From the NCBI GenBank assembly GCA_964596215.1, contig CAZQUW010000002.1, positions 16,278 through 58,539 of the forward strand: a stretch of 42,262 nucleotides of DNA, read 5' to 3'. Below are positions 1 to 8,564 of the stretch, in pieces. Under the pieces are notes generated by a model. It saw nothing but the letters and a program-made list of their open reading frames with translations, made no database searches and was not told the origin of the DNA. A program made the translations under genes and the position numbers. The stretch comes from an uncultured Planctomicrobium sp. GTDB taxonomy: Bacteria; Planctomycetota; Planctomycetia; Planctomycetales; Planctomycetaceae. Each line of letters opens with the position of its first letter. Positions within the stretch are counted from its first letter, which is position 1.

Positions 1-2528
1 TCTTCTGGCCAGGAGTGTTTGGGGTACCTGCGTTTGAGTTCTTTGCGAACCTCCGGGTACGTGTTATTCCAGAACGATTTGAGATCGTCGGTGATTTGCT
101 GCGGCCGATAGTTGGGGCCCAGCAGATGGAGCACGACGGGGACTCGGCCGCCGGCGATGCGGGGTGTTTCTGGCAGGCCAAAGAGTTCTTGAATACGGAC
201 CGCGAGCACGGGGGTTCGTTCGAGTTCGTAGTGAACAGTAATCTGGCTGCCGCTGGGGACGCGAATTTTCTCGGGGGCTTCTCTGTCAAGCAACTGCTGC
301 TGCTGGTAAGTCAGGCTGGTGCGCAGTGCTGCCGCCCAGGGGGCGCGGTGCAGTTCGGCGAAAGATCGGCAGCCGGTACACAGCCCCGGCAGTAGCTCGG
401 CCAGGGTGTTGTCGTCGAATGCCGGCAAGTCACAATCCGGCAGCCAGTTTTTCAAGCAGCGGACGCGTGTCACGAAAGAACTTACGGCCGGGTCGTCCCA
501 CGGGACCGCCCGCGTGAGATTCTTCAACGCGGCAGCGGCGAGTGCTTCGCTCACATTGGTGCCGGGGGGCGGAGTTGTCACGGATTCGTCTAAAATCAGG
601 TCGAAATAGCGTGTCCGGCGCTGGGCGACGATTTTTTCCTGGTTCGCATCGAACGTGACATCAATGGTGACTTCGATCTGATCGGCAGGCAGCCAGTCGC
701 GTTCGATTCCCGAAGCCTGCCGCACAAAGATCTCGCCCTGCCCTGCGTCGGTGTCTACGCACAGAAATAATTCTGGCTGCAAGACAAGACTTGAATCGGC
801 CAGCCGAATGCCGCGACCACCGACCATGACCCCTTTGCGGTTAAGCGGTTCGCGACGCCGGGCAACTCGGTCTGGAAAGGCGGTCAATAGCGCTTTTAAG
901 ACGGCTTCGTCCCGTTCCCATCCGAGCTGCGGTCGAGTTACACGCTGTCGAGCATCGGCCGATGTCTGCCTCGCGGTGTTCACTAAACGCAGCAGCTGTT
1001 GTTGCGCCTGCTGCAGGAACCGGGCAGCTCCGGTGTGTAAGCGGCCTGAAGTGGTGTCAGCTCGACCGTGGTTGGAAAATTCTTCCAGCGCCTGGACGCG
1101 GTCCAGGACATCTGAAAATGAATAGTGTGCCGGCCCCAGTGATCCTGGTCTGCGAGAAAAGTCTGGGCGTTCGAAAGGATCTCGTTCGGTGAGCAATGCC
1201 GCCATCCAGGCGGCACGGTCTGCTACGCCGAACCGGTGCCCGGCAATCAGCAAGCGTGCCAGACGCGGATGGACCGGCAACTGCACCATCTGTCGACCGA
1301 GGTCGGTCGGTTGACCGTCGTCAATGGCGCCCAACATCGATAGCAGGGACAATGCCTGCGCGACCGCTTCCGGGCGTGGGGCTTCAAACCACGGAAACGC
1401 GTTGACATCGCTCTCACCCCAGCAAAGGAGTTCCAGGACCGGGCCGGCGAGATCCACACGGCGGATCTCGGGTTCGGTATCGGCAGACAGGCCGCGTTGC
1501 TCGCGTTCCATCCAGAGCCGCAGGCACACCCCCGGTTGCGTTCGCCCTGCTCTGCCTGCACGTTGGTCGGACGACGCTTGTGAGATCTTCGTCAGGAGGA
1601 GGCGGTCGAGCCCCAGGCCCGGATCGAACTGCATTTGTCGCACCTGACCACTGTCGATCACGCCGGTCACTCCGTCGATGGTGACGGATGTTTCGGCGAC
1701 GTTGGTGGCCAGGACGATCTTGCGTTGCGGTTGAGGGCCGAGCACGCGGTCCTGTTGTTCAGGAGACAGGTCACCATAGAGCGGCAGGACGATGGCCTGG
1801 GCCTGCCCGGCGATCGACGTCAACCGGTCGCCAGCCAGCTGGATCTCGCGAACTCCTGGGAGGAAGACCAGCAAATTACCGGGGGTTGACCTCAACAAAT
1901 CATCAACCGCCGACACCACTTGCTCCACCAACGGCTGGGTCGTAATTGCCGGGCGATAGCGGATTTCGACGGGATGCAGGCGGCCTTCGCTGGTGATGAT
2001 CGGGCAGTCGCCCAGGTATTTCGCGACCGGCCCGGCGGCCAGGGTGGCCGACATGACAATCAATTTCAGATCCGGGCGAACCGTCTGCTGCACGCGTCTC
2101 GCCATCGCGAGGGTGAGGTCCAGATTCAGGCTGCGTTCGTGGAATTCGTCAAACAGAATTGCGGAGACAGATTCCAGGAAGGGGTCGTCTTGCAGTTTCC
2201 GCAGCAGGATTCCGTCCGTGATGGCCACAAGTCGGGTCTGCGGACCGCAGCACTGGTCGAAACGGACTTGATATCCGACCTCATCACCAAGTGTGGCGGC
2301 ACGTTCGAATGCCATCCGGCGTGCCGCAGCGCGCGCGGCCAGGCGGCGTGGTTCTAACAACAGAATCTGGCCGTTCCCAGCCAGTCCCGCATCGAGAATG
2401 GCTGGCGGCACACGGGTCGTTTTCCCGGCTCCGGTAGGGGCCTGCAGCACGACGCTGGCGGAATGTTTCAACGCCGCCAGCAACTCGGGAATGACGGCAT
2501 CAATTGGCAGTGGAGTCAGAGGTGGCAT
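1..2528 (-). CDS. hrpB: ATP-dependent DEAH-box helicase HrpB; the last few codons and the stop lie beyond the window start
   Basis: The gene is absent from the ORF track because it runs off the edge. My minus-strand translation from the ATG at 2528-2526 gives MPPLTPLPIDAVIPELLAALKHSASVVLQAPTGAGKTTRVP (Walker A), AILFDEFHER (DEFH box), LATNVAETSVTIDGV and QRAGRAGR. The C-terminal sequence ...FWNNTYPEVRKELKRRYPKHSWPE stays open to base 3. The visible 842 aa match HrpB size. Confidence 0.9.
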   Translation of the reverse strand, partial: MPPLTPLPIDAVIPELLAALKHSASVVLQAPTGAGKTTRVPPAILDAGLAGNGQILLLEPRRLAARAAARRMAFERAATLGDEVGYQVRFDQCCGPQTRLVAITDGILLRKLQDDPFLESVSAILFDEFHERSLNLDLTLAMARRVQQTVRPDLKLIVMSATLAAGPVAKYLGDCPIITSEGRLHPVEIRYRPAITTQPLVEQVVSAVDDLLRSTPGNLLVFLPGVREIQLAGDRLTSIAGQAQAIVLPLYGDLSPEQQDRVLGPQPQRKIVLATNVAETSVTIDGVTGVIDSGQVRQMQFDPGLGLDRLLLTKISQASSDQRAGRAGRTQPGVCLRLWMEREQRGLSADTEPEIRRVDLAGPVLELLCWGESDVNAFPWFEAPRPEAVAQALSLLSMLGAIDDGQPTDLGRQMVQLPVHPRLARLLIAGHRFGVADRAAWMAALLTERDPFERPDFSRRPGSLGPAHYSFSDVLDRVQALEEFSNHGRADTTSGRLHTGAARFLQQAQQQLLRLVNTARQTSADARQRVTRPQLGWERDEAVLKALLTAFPDRVARRREPLNRKGVMVGGRGIRLADSSLVLQPELFLCVDTDAGQGEIFVRQASGIERDWLPADQIEVTIDVTFDANQEKIVAQRRTRYFDLILDESVTTPPPGTNVSEALAAAALKNLTRAVPWDDPAVSSFVTRVRCLKNWLPDCDLPAFDDNTLAELLPGLCTGCRSFAELHRAPWAAALRTSLTYQQQQLLDREAPEKIRVPSGSQITVHYELERTPVLAVRIQELFGLPETPRIAGGRVPVVLHLLGPNYRPQQITDDLKSFWNNTYPEVRKELKRRYPKHSWPE

Positions 2529-2687
2529 GCAGTCGTTCGCGAGTCGTGGGTCGGGTTCTGACGAATTCGTCGATGGTTGAACGATACTCGCCCTGCCCCG
2601 GATCGAGAAGGCTTGGAAGAGAATGGCGAATGCCGCAGCCCGAATGCTGAAATTGAGTGGCCAGCGCGGTAGCGGAGTCTCACTTGT

Positions 2688-2702
2688 TGCAATATGATTG
2701 CA
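2688..2702. promoter_or_regulatory. AT-rich palindrome TGCAAT-ATG-ATTGCA, a candidate operator upstream of the His-rich lipoprotein gene
   Basis: It is a perfect 6-3-6 inverted repeat in the hrpB/His-rich-protein divergent intergenic region, about 105 bp upstream of the ATG at 2807. No known regulator box was matched. Confidence 0.25.
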
Positions 2703-2806
2703 TCCCGGTCAACTTGTTCCGTGGTGCAACTTCCTCACCTCCTGCCGGGGTGACACACATTCGCTGCACTCGAACCGAAACTACAAAGATTTTCTTACGA
2801 GGAGCC

Positions 2807-3511
2807 ATGATGAGACTGTTCCGAAATTGGGCCACGATCTCTTGTTTGACCGCGTGCTGTGCTGTCGCCGGCTGCCAGGGTGGGAATGACGGATTCAAGA
2901 CTGCGGAAGAAGTTAAAAAGGAACGCCCTGACGCGGGTAAGAAAGAGCACGATCATGACCATGATCATGGGCACCATCACCACGCGCCCCATCATGGCAG
3001 TCTGACGATGCTTGGCGAACATGTGGCGCAGATCGAACTGGTCGTCGATGCCGAGGCGGGTAAGGTCGAAGCGTTTATTCTGGACGGCGAGGCAGAGAAA
3101 GCGTTGACTGTCGATCAGGCAGATCTCGAACTGGCCATTACCCTGCCCGAAGCTGCCGAACCATTGACCTTGAAGTTGACTCCGGCCGATGCCGCGAAGC
3201 AACAGGACGGTTTTGTCGGGCAGGACGATAAATTGAAAGGTGTCAAAGCCTTTAAGGGAACCTTGGCCAGCCTGAAGATCAAGGACCAGACCCACGAAAA
3301 GGTGGCAGTCGAATTTGACGCGAAGAAGGCCGCTGCCGAAGCCGAAGAAGCCCATCATGAGGGCCACGCTCATGACGAAAAGAAGGGCGATGCTCATAAG
3401 GATCATGATCACGACCATGAGCATGATAAGAAGACCGAAGAGAAGAAGCCTGAGGAGAAACCCGCGGACGAAAAGCCAGCGGACGAGAAACCGGCTGCGG
3501 AGAATAAATAG
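2807..3511 (+). CDS. Histidine-rich periplasmic lipoprotein, a putative metal-binding protein
   Basis: The ORF is 2657-3511. The likely start is the ATG at 2807, preceded by GGAG. The signal peptide has a lipobox (CAVAGC). There are two His/Asp-rich blocks (EHDHDHDHGHHHHAPHHG and HHEGHAHDEKKGDAHKDHDHDHEHD) and a C-terminal PEEK/PADEK tandem repeat (3449-3505, 15-nt units). Confidence 0.75.
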   Translation: MMRLFRNWATISCLTACCAVAGCQGGNDGFKTAEEVKKERPDAGKKEHDHDHDHGHHHHAPHHGSLTMLGEHVAQIELVVDAEAGKVEAFILDGEAEKALTVDQADLELAITLPEAAEPLTLKLTPADAAKQQDGFVGQDDKLKGVKAFKGTLASLKIKDQTHEKVAVEFDAKKAAAEAEEAHHEGHAHDEKKGDAHKDHDHDHEHDKKTEEKKPEEKPADEKPADEKPAAENK

Positions 3512-3534
3512 CTCGGCGGTCACACCTCAGACTG

Positions 3535-3566
3535 GAGCCCGGGGCTGACGCCGCCGGGCTCTTTTC
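3535..3566 (+). terminator. Rho-independent terminator candidate after the His-rich lipoprotein gene
   Basis: An 8-bp GC-rich stem (GAGCCCGG at 3535-3542 paired with CCGGGCTC at 3554-3561) is followed directly by TTTTCT. Confidence 0.55.
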
Positions 3567-3625
3567 TGATGATTTCGCTGGCTTTGTCCTTCCCCCATCG
3601 TGACTTGTTACGGATCGCTTTACCC

Positions 3626-4576
3626 ATGTTGGATTGCTTGTGTGTCGGGATCGCCGTGGCCGACCATATTTGTGTGCCGATTGATCGTCTGCCCCGATCG
3701 GGCGAACTGCTGCTGACCGATCGCCTGACCTTGTCGCTCGGCGGACATGCATGCAATGTCTCGGTTGATCTGGCCAAATTGCAGGTGAAGGTGGGGATTA
3801 CCGCCCGGATCGGGGACGATTTGTTTGGCGAGTATCTGCGCCAGGAATTGACTCGTGCGGGGGTGCATACTGTCAATCTGGTGGAGACCCCGGGACAAGA
3901 CACCAGCGGGACGTTGATCATTAACGTCAAGGGGGACGATCGGCGGTTCATCCATACGATCGGGGCGAACGGCGAGTTCGACGGCCGCGAAGTTTCGGCA
4001 GAGATGCTGCAGGCCACGCGCGCGTTGTACGTCGGGGCGCTGTTTGCCTTGCCGAAGCTGACTGCCAGCGCACTGAAATCGCTGCTCCAGCAAGCCCGTG
4101 CAGTCGGTGTGCCGACGATATTGGACGTAGTCATTCCGGGGCCCGGCGACTATTTGACGACACTGCAGGAAGTCTTGCCGTGGACCGACGTCTTTATGCC
4201 CAATACCGACGAAGCTGCGCTGATCACCGGGGAAACTGATCCCCTCGTGCAGGCCGAGATCTTTCGTCGGCTGGGGGCCCGTACGGTCATCATTACCTGT
4301 GGGGGTGACGGTGCTGTCGTGCTGAGTGAGTCCGACCGTTTTCGCTCGGGAATCTTCCGGATGGAGTACGTCGACGGCACCGGCAGTGGTGATGCGTTTG
4401 GTGCCGGGTTCATTTATGGGATGCTGCAGGGGGCGGATACGCGTCGTTGCGTGGAAATTGGCAGTGCCCTGGGGGCCAGTGCCGTGCGACGCAGCGGGGC
4501 GACCGGTGGCGTGTTTACGCGGCCAGAACTGGAAGCATTCCTGCAGAGCAACCGCCTGGAGTTTCGCCCTATCTAA
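3626..4576 (+). CDS. PfkB-family carbohydrate kinase (ribokinase-like)
   Basis: The N-terminus MLDCLCVGIAVADH is typical of the family. Other motifs are GGHACNVSVDLAKL, FMPNTDEAALITG, and the C-terminal anion-hole/ATP motif VDGTGSGDAFGAGFIYG. The longer start at 3569 would abut the terminator, so 3626 is preferred. Confidence 0.85.
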   Translation: MLDCLCVGIAVADHICVPIDRLPRSGELLLTDRLTLSLGGHACNVSVDLAKLQVKVGITARIGDDLFGEYLRQELTRAGVHTVNLVETPGQDTSGTLIINVKGDDRRFIHTIGANGEFDGREVSAEMLQATRALYVGALFALPKLTASALKSLLQQARAVGVPTILDVVIPGPGDYLTTLQEVLPWTDVFMPNTDEAALITGETDPLVQAEIFRRLGARTVIITCGGDGAVVLSESDRFRSGIFRMEYVDGTGSGDAFGAGFIYGMLQGADTRRCVEIGSALGASAVRRSGATGGVFTRPELEAFLQSNRLEFRPI

Positions 4577-4644
4577 ACGAGGGTGAAATCGATACCGAGT
4601 CAGTTGTTGCGGACTTGAATCCCCCCGCCGGAAACCCGGACAAG

Positions 4645-5880
4645 TCACGCGCAACCTTTGGCGGACACTGAGCGTAATACCAGTGAGGTGTTGTTGCCGC
4701 CAAAGCCGAAGGAGTTCGACACCGCGATGCGGACCTGCTGCTCGCGCGGCTGGTTAGGCACGTGGCACAAGTTGCATTCCGGATCGGGATTGTCGAGATT
4801 GATCGTTGGAGGAATTGCACCTTCCTGGATCGCTGTCAGACAGGCGATCGCTTCGACGGCCGCTGCGGCACTCAGCAGGTGTCCGGTCATGCTTTTGGTG
4901 GAACTGACCGGAATCGAAGCACAAGCTGCGCCGAGGGCCCCGTGCAAGATTCGCGTTTCGCAGAGGTCGCCGAGCGGCGTGCCCGTGGCGTGGGCATTAA
5001 TATAGTCGATTTCGGCAGGCTGGACGTTAGCCATCGCCAGGGCCTGTTGCATGGCCATAATCCCGCGTGCCGGATCGGGACAGGGAATGACCATGTGCGA
5101 GGCATCACTGGAGGCGCCAAAGCCTGCCACTTCGGCGTACGCCCGGCTGTTCCGGCGACGTGCGCTGCTGGCAGGTTCCAGCATGAAGAATGCCCCACCT
5201 TCACCCAGGATCATGCCATCGCGAGCCTGATCGAAAGGTCGCAGGGCTTGTTCGGGGATTTCGTTACGACGCGACAGGGCCCGCAGATTTCCAAAACTCG
5301 CCATCGAATACGGAGTGACACCCATGTCGCAGGCTCCAGCCAGGCAGACATCGACCCAGCCCAGTTCCAGCCAGCGACAGGCATGGGAAATCGCTTGATT
5401 GCCGCTGGCGCAGGCGGCTGAAACGGTCATGACCGGGCCGCTCAGCCCCAGCCAGCGTTGTGTGCGATCAGCAATGGAACCCGTGTCGCGTTCCGGTTCG
5501 AACAGCTTCATTCCGGCGCGCCGGTAGTCATTATCCCAGAGTTGCATGCGTTCGGCCCCCAGGCCCATCACGATGCCGATGCGCAACTCCTCGCGCTGGT
5601 TCCACAGTCCCGAATCCTGGAGTGCGTCGACGCAGCAGCGGACAACACCGCGTTCCAGGGGCAGTAGCTTGCTGAAAATCTGGGGATCGAAGCCGGGCGG
5701 GCAAGTGATCTCATCGAGCTGTCCGGCAATGCGACAGGGATGCTCGGAGTTTTCAAATCCCGAGACGCGCCGCACTCCGGACTTTCCGGCGAGCAGATTC
5801 TTGGAAATCGCTGGAAAATCATGCCCGATGGGGGTCACCGCCCCCAGTCCCGTCATCCATACTGCAGCGTCTTGCGTCAT
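4645..5880 (-). CDS. Beta-ketoacyl-ACP synthase (KAS I/II, FabF-like) with an intact Cys-His-His triad
   Basis: The 411-aa product has the active-site motif TVSAACASG, plus INAHATGTPLGD, KSMTGHLLSAAAAVE and NSFGFGGNNTSLVL. Confidence 0.9.
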   Translation of the reverse strand: MTQDAAVWMTGLGAVTPIGHDFPAISKNLLAGKSGVRRVSGFENSEHPCRIAGQLDEITCPPGFDPQIFSKLLPLERGVVRCCVDALQDSGLWNQREELRIGIVMGLGAERMQLWDNDYRRAGMKLFEPERDTGSIADRTQRWLGLSGPVMTVSAACASGNQAISHACRWLELGWVDVCLAGACDMGVTPYSMASFGNLRALSRRNEIPEQALRPFDQARDGMILGEGGAFFMLEPASSARRRNSRAYAEVAGFGASSDASHMVIPCPDPARGIMAMQQALAMANVQPAEIDYINAHATGTPLGDLCETRILHGALGAACASIPVSSTKSMTGHLLSAAAAVEAIACLTAIQEGAIPPTINLDNPDPECNLCHVPNQPREQQVRIAVSNSFGFGGNNTSLVLRSVSAKGCA

Positions 5881-5941
5881 GATGTTTACTTGTCTGGTCG
5901 AATTCGTCTGGCGGTCTATGCTGATTGCGTCTCCTGACTGA

Positions 5942-6844
5942 CTACCCTGCCCTGGCCAGAACCAGCGGCTGCCGGACCCCCGGAAGAACGGGATTGAGCG
6001 CAGGCAGTCCCAAGGTTTCGCTGGCTGGATTTCGCCAGGTCATTTCCAGCTCCAAACCACCTTGCAGCTGGCAGACGACGTCGAATGTCTTGGGACGCAG
6101 ACGCGTGACGTCCAGCAAGACACTGGCCAGCGTCTTCAACGGGGACTTGGATTCAGTGACTGAACTGGCTCGGGATTGAGGTGCCCGCGTGGCCCGAATT
6201 TCCAGTTCGGCACGAGGATTGTTCTCCCGTATTGGCTGCAGTGCGAGCACCGTCGCGATGCAGTGTGATTCGGAAGTCGGCTTTCCTCGGGCATCAATTT
6301 GCAGCTCTGGATCCCAATGACTCCAGGTCACCCAGACACCAGGACGCGACGGATCGGCCAGCAGGTTGGCGGCTGCCAGCAGGGCATCCACCTCACCCTG
6401 AGTTCCTCCGCCCGCCCCCAGGCAGGGGCCCTGGCAGGGGAGGGACAAGCTGATTGTACTGGAGACGGAATGCAGCAAATTGTGGGGCACAACCTGCACA
6501 GAGACGCCCCACGGACCGTCATTGCCGTACTTGTGCAGCGTTGCTGCGAAGGCCCCGCGACCGACATACCGGGATGCCGATACCACTCCCCATTCGCGGA
6601 AATCCTGGGGCGTGCGATCCATCAAGCGGATGGTTTCGTGTACCGCAGCCAGCGAGGTAATCGTCTGGTCGTCGCTGTTTTTTAGAAAATGGGGGGTGAC
6701 TTGCGGAGGAAAACGGAGCCCGGGCTCCTGACGCAGTGCTGCTAATTCGGGCAGCCCCATGCGAACCACCGTCCACGCTGCCAGTTCGCAGCGAAAGCTG
6801 ATGTGTTTCTTCGCGTCGGGCGATGGATTGAAGCACAGGGCCAC
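5942..6844 (-). CDS. Ketosynthase N-terminal-like protein lacking the catalytic Cys (resembles a chain-length factor or ApeC)
   Basis: The 300-aa product starts at a GTG preceded by GAGGA. LSLPCQGPCLGAGGGTQG aligns with the KS motif GLxGPxxTVxxACxSG, but Thr148 (codon 6401-6403) occupies the nucleophile position. The gene lies 61 nt upstream of the intact KS on the same strand. Confidence 0.7.
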   Translation of the reverse strand: MALCFNPSPDAKKHISFRCELAAWTVVRMGLPELAALRQEPGLRFPPQVTPHFLKNSDDQTITSLAAVHETIRLMDRTPQDFREWGVVSASRYVGRGAFAATLHKYGNDGPWGVSVQVVPHNLLHSVSSTISLSLPCQGPCLGAGGGTQGEVDALLAAANLLADPSRPGVWVTWSHWDPELQIDARGKPTSESHCIATVLALQPIRENNPRAELEIRATRAPQSRASSVTESKSPLKTLASVLLDVTRLRPKTFDVVCQLQGGLELEMTWRNPASETLGLPALNPVLPGVRQPLVLARAG

Positions 6845-6911
6845 GGAAATTCCTCGGTCGGAGTTCTGGTAAGCGATGTAACGAATGGCGATTCAGAGCG
6901 TGGTCCCACGC

Positions 6912-7649
6912 CTATTGCTTGGGAGCCACGGGTTTGCCTGCCAGGGAAGGCTGAGCGGCTTCGATCCGTTTGATACTCTGTAAACGCAATTCCGTGCGAT
7001 GGCCTTCTTCGATGCTTTTGCGGCTGACCAATTGGCGGTCCGCATCGAACCACAAGTCAGTCTCCGACGCTCCTTTTATTCGATAATGTGTACAGTTGAT
7101 GGTGCGAGTTCCGACCACAATCGAGTCTTCGCCAAGCCGTTCGTAGTTGGCTTTGATCGTTTCACCGCTATCGACATCCAGCAGTGAGATCGCTTTGAGT
7201 TTGTCGAGTTCTGAGGGCCAGTACCAATAGCTGGTCGTCAGATGCACCGCTGGTCCGGCAGGCTGAGGGGTTTCATCGACGGAGACTTCGGTACGGCTCC
7301 CTTCGATGACGGCGCGAACGACCCGGCGATCTGTGCCAGCATGGGTCAGGCCTTCCAGCTTTCGCGGTTGGCCCGCTTGCCACCATTCCGAACCCTGGTA
7401 GCGATGGACATACGTGAAAAAGAGGACGCTGATACTGATTTGAGCGTCGGTTGTGGCGACTGTGCGTCCATCGGAATGCTCGGCAATTTCCAGCCGGCTG
7501 GTTCCCACGCGTGAGCCATCGACGATGATATCGAACTCACGAACTTGCTGTTGCACGGGACGTGGGGGCTCGGCTGCATCGAGCGCGACGCAGCACTGCA
7601 TCGCAAAGATAATTCCACATAGCCGACATGCCATGCGATGACGCAGCAT
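6912..7649 (-). CDS. Secreted hypothetical protein; from memory it resembles DUF3108/DUF6134-type beta-rich proteins
   Basis: The ORF is 6912-7694. The start at 7649 is preferred because a perfect AAGGAGG lies 7 nt upstream. The N-terminal signal is MLRHRMACRLCGIIFAMQCCVALDAAEP. It is the first gene of the same-strand trio with the two KS genes. The family assignment is unverified. Confidence 0.6.
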   Translation of the reverse strand: MLRHRMACRLCGIIFAMQCCVALDAAEPPRPVQQQVREFDIIVDGSRVGTSRLEIAEHSDGRTVATTDAQISISVLFFTYVHRYQGSEWWQAGQPRKLEGLTHAGTDRRVVRAVIEGSRTEVSVDETPQPAGPAVHLTTSYWYWPSELDKLKAISLLDVDSGETIKANYERLGEDSIVVGTRTINCTHYRIKGASETDLWFDADRQLVSRKSIEEGHRTELRLQSIKRIEAAQPSLAGKPVAPKQ

Positions 7650-8101
7650 GGTCCCCTCCTTGGAACACAGACTCGGTTTGGCCCAAAGATGCACGCTGGC
7701 CAGATTGTGAATAGACCTCCAGGAACGCTGGTTTCCTGGCGATTGATGGAGGTCTTAGCGAGCACTTTAACGAACTTCAATGCGGCGCCAATCGCAAAAA
7801 ATTAAATCTGGCGGAGAAATCAACTCGAATCTCTTGGGATTGGCACGTCCTGAATCCTGGACAACGCGAAATTGGCTGTCCAGCGACCGGCCAGACCTGC
7901 CATTTGGCAGATTGGGTAAAGAGCCTCCGCCAGTGGTCCGACACCTTGGCAATGTCGCTGGGGATTACGCGGCGAAAACTCAAATTCGCCAATAACTGAG
8001 GGCTTCGCTCTTGCAGAGTCTGTCAGGAATTGGTCAGATCCGGGCGCCACGGCGGTCAAGGAATGACCGCGAACGATTCCACCACGGAGGGTAGCAATAT
8101 C

Positions 8102-8368
8102 ATGGATCGAGCCATCGTAAGCGAAGCTCTTCGTGATTTGTACAACGAAGATACCGGAGCCTCGTTGGATTTTCTGGGTGACGATACCGAATTGATCGCC
8201 GATCTGGGGCTGGATTCTGTCGATGTCGTCAGCCTGATCATGCAAGTCGAACGTCAGTTCCGCATTCGCCTCAGTCTGGACGAACTCAATCGAGTCCAGA
8301 CGTTTGGTGATTTGCTGGATCTCGTCACGATTAAGTTGCAGCAGAATACGGGGTTTCGCGCCGCGTGA
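8102..8368 (+). CDS. Acyl carrier protein (phosphopantetheine-binding)
   Basis: The DLGLDSVDVVSLIMQVE motif contains the attachment Ser. From the ATG at 8102 (GGAGGG 9 nt upstream) the product is 88 aa. Alternative starts are 8063 and 8030. The gene is divergent from the KS trio. Confidence 0.8.
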   Translation: MDRAIVSEALRDLYNEDTGASLDFLGDDTELIADLGLDSVDVVSLIMQVERQFRIRLSLDELNRVQTFGDLLDLVTIKLQQNTGFRAA

Positions 8369-8395
8369 CGTAAGCCCCCGTGGCTGCGACGAATT

Positions 8396-8466
8396 CGGCG
8401 CGCCAGCGAGTGCATCTCTTCGCGAGTCGTCAAACAGGCACTCGCGGAGGCGCCGAGCTGATTTTG
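8396..8466 (+). terminator. Long imperfect hairpin after the ACP gene, a possible terminator
   Basis: CGGCGCgccaGCGAGTGC (8396-8413) pairs with GCACTCGCggagGCGCCG (8438-8455), giving 14 bp around an internal loop. A TTTT run follows at 8462-8465, 6 nt after the stem. Confidence 0.4.
8404..8421 (+). repeat. Left copy of a perfect 18-bp direct repeat, CAGCGAGTGCATCTCTTC
   Basis: An identical 18-mer recurs at 8761-8778. The flanking GCGnCAGCGAG context is also shared. The two copies bracket the tRNA-Sec gene. Confidence 0.8.
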
Positions 8467-8564
8467 TGGACCCTTCGCAAACCGGCTTGAAAAAGTAGCC
8501 TCACGAGCCCTGTCATTCTGCTGTCCAGGCTATCGCCTCAATTATGCGGCGTGGATCGGGCGTA

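Noticed and set aside
15-2580. A chain of plus-strand ORFs (15-395, 319-609, 751-1125, 1920-2357, 2293-2580 and others) with Arg/Ala/Gly/Pro-rich translations.
   Set aside because: They are antisense or off-frame shadows of the minus-strand hrpB gene. hrpB translates into clear DEAH helicase motifs across the whole interval, and the shadow products have no recognisable motifs.
2930-3440. Repetitive CAT/GAC/CAC runs that could superficially look like a short-repeat array.
   Set aside because: They are in-frame His/Asp codon repeats within the lipoprotein CDS. There is no repeat-spacer periodicity and no CRISPR-like structure.
7841-7856. A TGGCAC hexamer in the KS-cluster/ACP divergent region, considered as a sigma54 -24 element because an NtrC-type activator is in the window. 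I also examined TGGCAC sites at 4762 and 24968.
   Set aside because: No TTGC/GC element lies at the required N5 spacing at 7841. The site at 4762 has the wrong spacing and lies inside coding sequence. The site at 24968 has the correct GG/GC spacing but sits on the antisense strand inside a gene.
7695-8062. Overlapping 71-aa ORFs on both strands (7780-7995 plus strand, 7777-7992 minus strand) in the divergent region.
   Set aside because: They overlap each other, have no RBS, signal or motif, and their composition is typical of non-coding sequence. I treat the region as a shared promoter region.
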